DNA of 29,926 nt. Origin: a virus (taxonomy: Duplodnaviria; Caudoviricetes). Positions 28,177-29,926 of the stretch are shown piece after piece (position 1 is the first letter of the stretch; each line of letters opens with the position of its first letter). A program made the position numbers and the translations under genes. The notes beneath the pieces are model-generated. The model saw only the letters and a program-made list of their open reading frames with translations, made no database searches and was not told the origin of the DNA. The stretch is from IMG/VR virus record IMGVR_UViG_3300026735_000004, positions 1 to 29,926 of that record; one strand, given 5' to 3'.

Positions 28177-28305
28177 ATGACAGAGGAACAGCTACTATTT
28201 AAGCAAGAGACATTGTCAGAAGTTGACTTTAACGAGTTCTTACTTAACGCTGTTGAATGTGGTTTGATTAATCTTGATACAGCTTTAATTTTTAAGGGAG
28301 AATAA
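28177..28305 (+). CDS. M-operon Orf1-like protein (42 aa; AbiD1 activator family)
   Basis: MTEEQLLFKQETLSEVDFNEFLLNAVECG..., RBS GAGGA, first gene of operon with RuvC. Confidence 0.78.
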   Translation: MTEEQLLFKQETLSEVDFNEFLLNAVECGLINLDTALIFKGE

Positions 28306-28309
28306 AGAA

Positions 28310-28441
28310 ATGAATAAAGAGCATATTTTAGCACAAAAAGAAGTATTGACTCCGATTGAATATGAACACTATGTTAAGCACTTATTTGATATTGGAGAAA
28401 TTACTAAAGAGCTTTATATTGAATTGAGTTCTGATTTATGA
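28310..28441 (+). CDS. M-operon Orf2-like protein (43 aa)
   Basis: MNKEHILAQKEVLTP..., RBS AAGGGAG, ATGA overlap with resolvase. Confidence 0.78.
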   Translation: MNKEHILAQKEVLTPIEYEHYVKHLFDIGEITKELYIELSSDL

Positions 28442-28920
28442 GCAAAGCTTTAGCCATTGACTTTAGCACCTCTAATACTGGTTACGCATTTCGTAATCCT
28501 TTGACAAATGAGTATGTAGTCGGTTCAATTGCAGGTGGTAAAAGTAAAGATCCTTTGGAACGTGCCAAGCTTATTGCTGACGGTATAACAGAAATTATTG
28601 AGCATTACAATTTATTTGACTACTTTATTTATATTGAAGAACCTATTATCACGTTCAAATCTAAGGGAAACATCTCATTGATTAGAGCTAACGGTTCATT
28701 CTTGGGTGTCATGCGTAACCGTCATAACATTGGCTATGTTGATGTACCAAACAGTAAATGGTGTGGGTATCATCTAATTAAAGGTAAGAGTGCATTGCGA
28801 AAAGTACAAAGCATTGAGATACTCAAGAGCTATAACATAGTACCTGATAATGATATCAACGACGACATGGCAGACGCGTTCTGTATCTTACTCTATGTAG
28901 AAAGTCAGGAGAATAAATGA
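28438..28920 (+). CDS. ruvC: RuvC-like Holliday junction resolvase
   Basis: LAIDFS, IYIEEP and DDMADA acidic catalytic motifs. Confidence 0.9.
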   Translation: MSKALAIDFSTSNTGYAFRNPLTNEYVVGSIAGGKSKDPLERAKLIADGITEIIEHYNLFDYFIYIEEPIITFKSKGNISLIRANGSFLGVMRNRHNIGYVDVPNSKWCGYHLIKGKSALRKVQSIEILKSYNIVPDNDINDDMADAFCILLYVESQENK

Positions 28921-29084
28921 TTGTAATTAATATTGCCTTGATTATTCTTGGCATTTTATATGGTGTAGGTTCGGTTACCAACTTTAAGGAGTGGTATTAT
29001 CGCCATGACTATCTAGCTATTATGCTAAGTGTATTTACATCTATCTTATTGGTAGTGGCTGGAGTATTAAACGTTTTGAATTAA
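28917..29084 (+). CDS. M-operon Orf4-like membrane protein (55 aa)
   Basis: Two hydrophobic segments, ATGA coupling, RBS AGGAG. Confidence 0.75.
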   Translation: MIVINIALIILGILYGVGSVTNFKEWYYRHDYLAIMLSVFTSILLVVAGVLNVLN

Positions 29085-29209
29085 AAGAATAGGTGTACTG
29101 ATTGACGGTACTTAAATGTCATAGAGTTGACAGCCAAGCATAGGGTGCAAACTGTAAAGCATACTGTTTGATTAAATGAGTACTAGCAACTAACAGCCCT
29201 TTGTATCTA

Positions 29210-29280
29210 GCGAACATAGTATAATGGTAATGCTACAGATTCCAAACCTGTAAACGTGGGTTCGATTCCTGCTGTTCGTG
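29210..29280 (+). tRNA. tRNA-Trp (CCA)
   Basis: Acceptor GCGAACA/TGTTCGT, D loop AATGGTA, anticodon loop TT-CCA-AA, T loop TTCGATT, discriminator G. Confidence 0.85.
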
Positions 29281-29349
29281 TTCTCCTTTATTTTATTATA
29301 TGTTATAAGTTATAGTTCTAGGTATTGAGCGTATTATGGCATATAGTAA

Positions 29350-29421
29350 CAGGATATAGTGTTAATGGTAGCATGCGTGTTTTGGGAACATGTAGTGTTG
29401 GTTCGAGTCCAGCTATCCTGA
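29350..29421 (+). tRNA. tRNA-Pro (TGG)
   Basis: Acceptor CAGGATA/TATCCTG, anticodon loop TT-TGG-GA, T loop TTCGAGT, discriminator A. Confidence 0.9.
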
Positions 29422-29555
29422 TGAGTGGTGTATAGTCCATAGACGAAGTGTTAAGCTATGGCACAACTATACAGATAACTGGTGCACGGTTATATCAGCT
29501 AACGAAAGTCCTGGTGTATTAAAGTGTCACAGGCATAACTAAGTGACAGCTGGTT

Positions 29556-29607
29556 AGAGTAATAAGGTGTACTAACGTGGTGTAGGGTTCGATTCCCTAC
29601 TGCTCTA
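29556..29607 (+). ncRNA. Anticodon-less tRNA-like minihelix 1
   Basis: AGAGTA/TGCTCT stem stacked on GTAGGG-TTCGATT-CCCTAC; 20-nt linker. Confidence 0.6.
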
Positions 29608-29643
29608 TAATAAGATGCCAGCTACTGATAGTTAGTCATAGTT

Positions 29644-29691
29644 AGCAGTATAGTCTAATGGTAAACGTAGGTTCGATTCCTACTACTGCTA
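29644..29691 (+). ncRNA. Anticodon-less tRNA-like minihelix 2
   Basis: AGCAGTA/TACTGCT stem, D-arm-like TAGTCTAATGGTAAAC, GTAGG-TTCGATT-CCTAC. Confidence 0.7.
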
Positions 29692-29712
29692 TAAGACAAG
29701 GGGGAGAAGCAA

Positions 29713-29844
29713 ATGATTATATTATCTTTATTTATTATTATGTTGTTCATTAGTCCAAGTATAGCATTGTTGTTATTGCTATTGGTTATTAACCCAGTGT
29801 TCGCGTTGCTATGGCTATTAGTCTGGCTTGCTATTAAACTATAA
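29713..29844 (+). CDS. Extremely hydrophobic 43-aa peptide
   Basis: RBS GGGGAG; MIILSLFIIMLFISPSIALLLLLLVINPVFALLWLLVWLAIKL. Confidence 0.7.
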   Translation: MIILSLFIIMLFISPSIALLLLLLVINPVFALLWLLVWLAIKL

Positions 29845-29915
29845 AGTAATTAGTAAAAGAAAATATTTTTTATATATACCCCCCCATTAATCGCTATGTC
29901 AAGGGGAATTTTCAG

Positions 29916-29926
29916 CACAAAGGACT
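29916..29926 (+). other. cos site (11-nt cohesive end)
   Basis: CACAAAGGACT at the sequence end matches the 936-group cos; terS follows on circularisation. Confidence 0.88.

Noticed and set aside
29095-29150. Pistol ribozyme resemblance (hairpin-TTAAAT...AAGC...GGTGCAA)
   Set aside because: Pseudoknot is mismatched and P2/P3 cannot be formed in the required order
29409-29553. Hammerhead ribozyme (CTGATGA at 29418 plus downstream CGAAA)
   Set aside because: CTGA belongs to the tRNA-Pro 3' end, stem II is poor and no NUH triplet joins stems III and I
1-29926. Prophage or temperate lifestyle
   Set aside because: No integrase, repressor switch or host genes are visible and the sequence ends at cos

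Overview
This window appears to be the complete ~29.9 kb genome of a virulent Lactococcus 936-group siphophage (Skunavirus, p2/sk1/bIL170-like), ending in the 11-nt cos sequence CACAAAGGACT. It has the standard three-part layout. (1) A rightward late region: terS, terL, HNH, portal, protease, capsid, connectors, neck passage structure, major tail protein, chaperones, tape measure, Dit, Tal, RBP, holin, amidase. (2) A leftward early region with at least nine sigma70-type promoters, SaV, an orphan adenine methyltransferase, SSB, Sak3, an AAA/RecA-like ATPase and the replication origin. (3) A rightward middle operon with a RuvC-like resolvase, followed by a tRNA/structured-RNA cluster. The most unusual observations are: two anticodon-less tRNA-like minihelices that both keep a 12-bp acceptor+T helix through compensating indels, next to tRNA-Trp, tRNA-Pro and densely base-paired spacers; an RBP whose neck is extended to six 11-aa repeats; a 9-bp tandem repeat inside the methyltransferase; a probable ATA-start gene; and a collapsed gene that retains its promoter and RBS. 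Family assignments come from motif recognition and gene order; no database searches were run.
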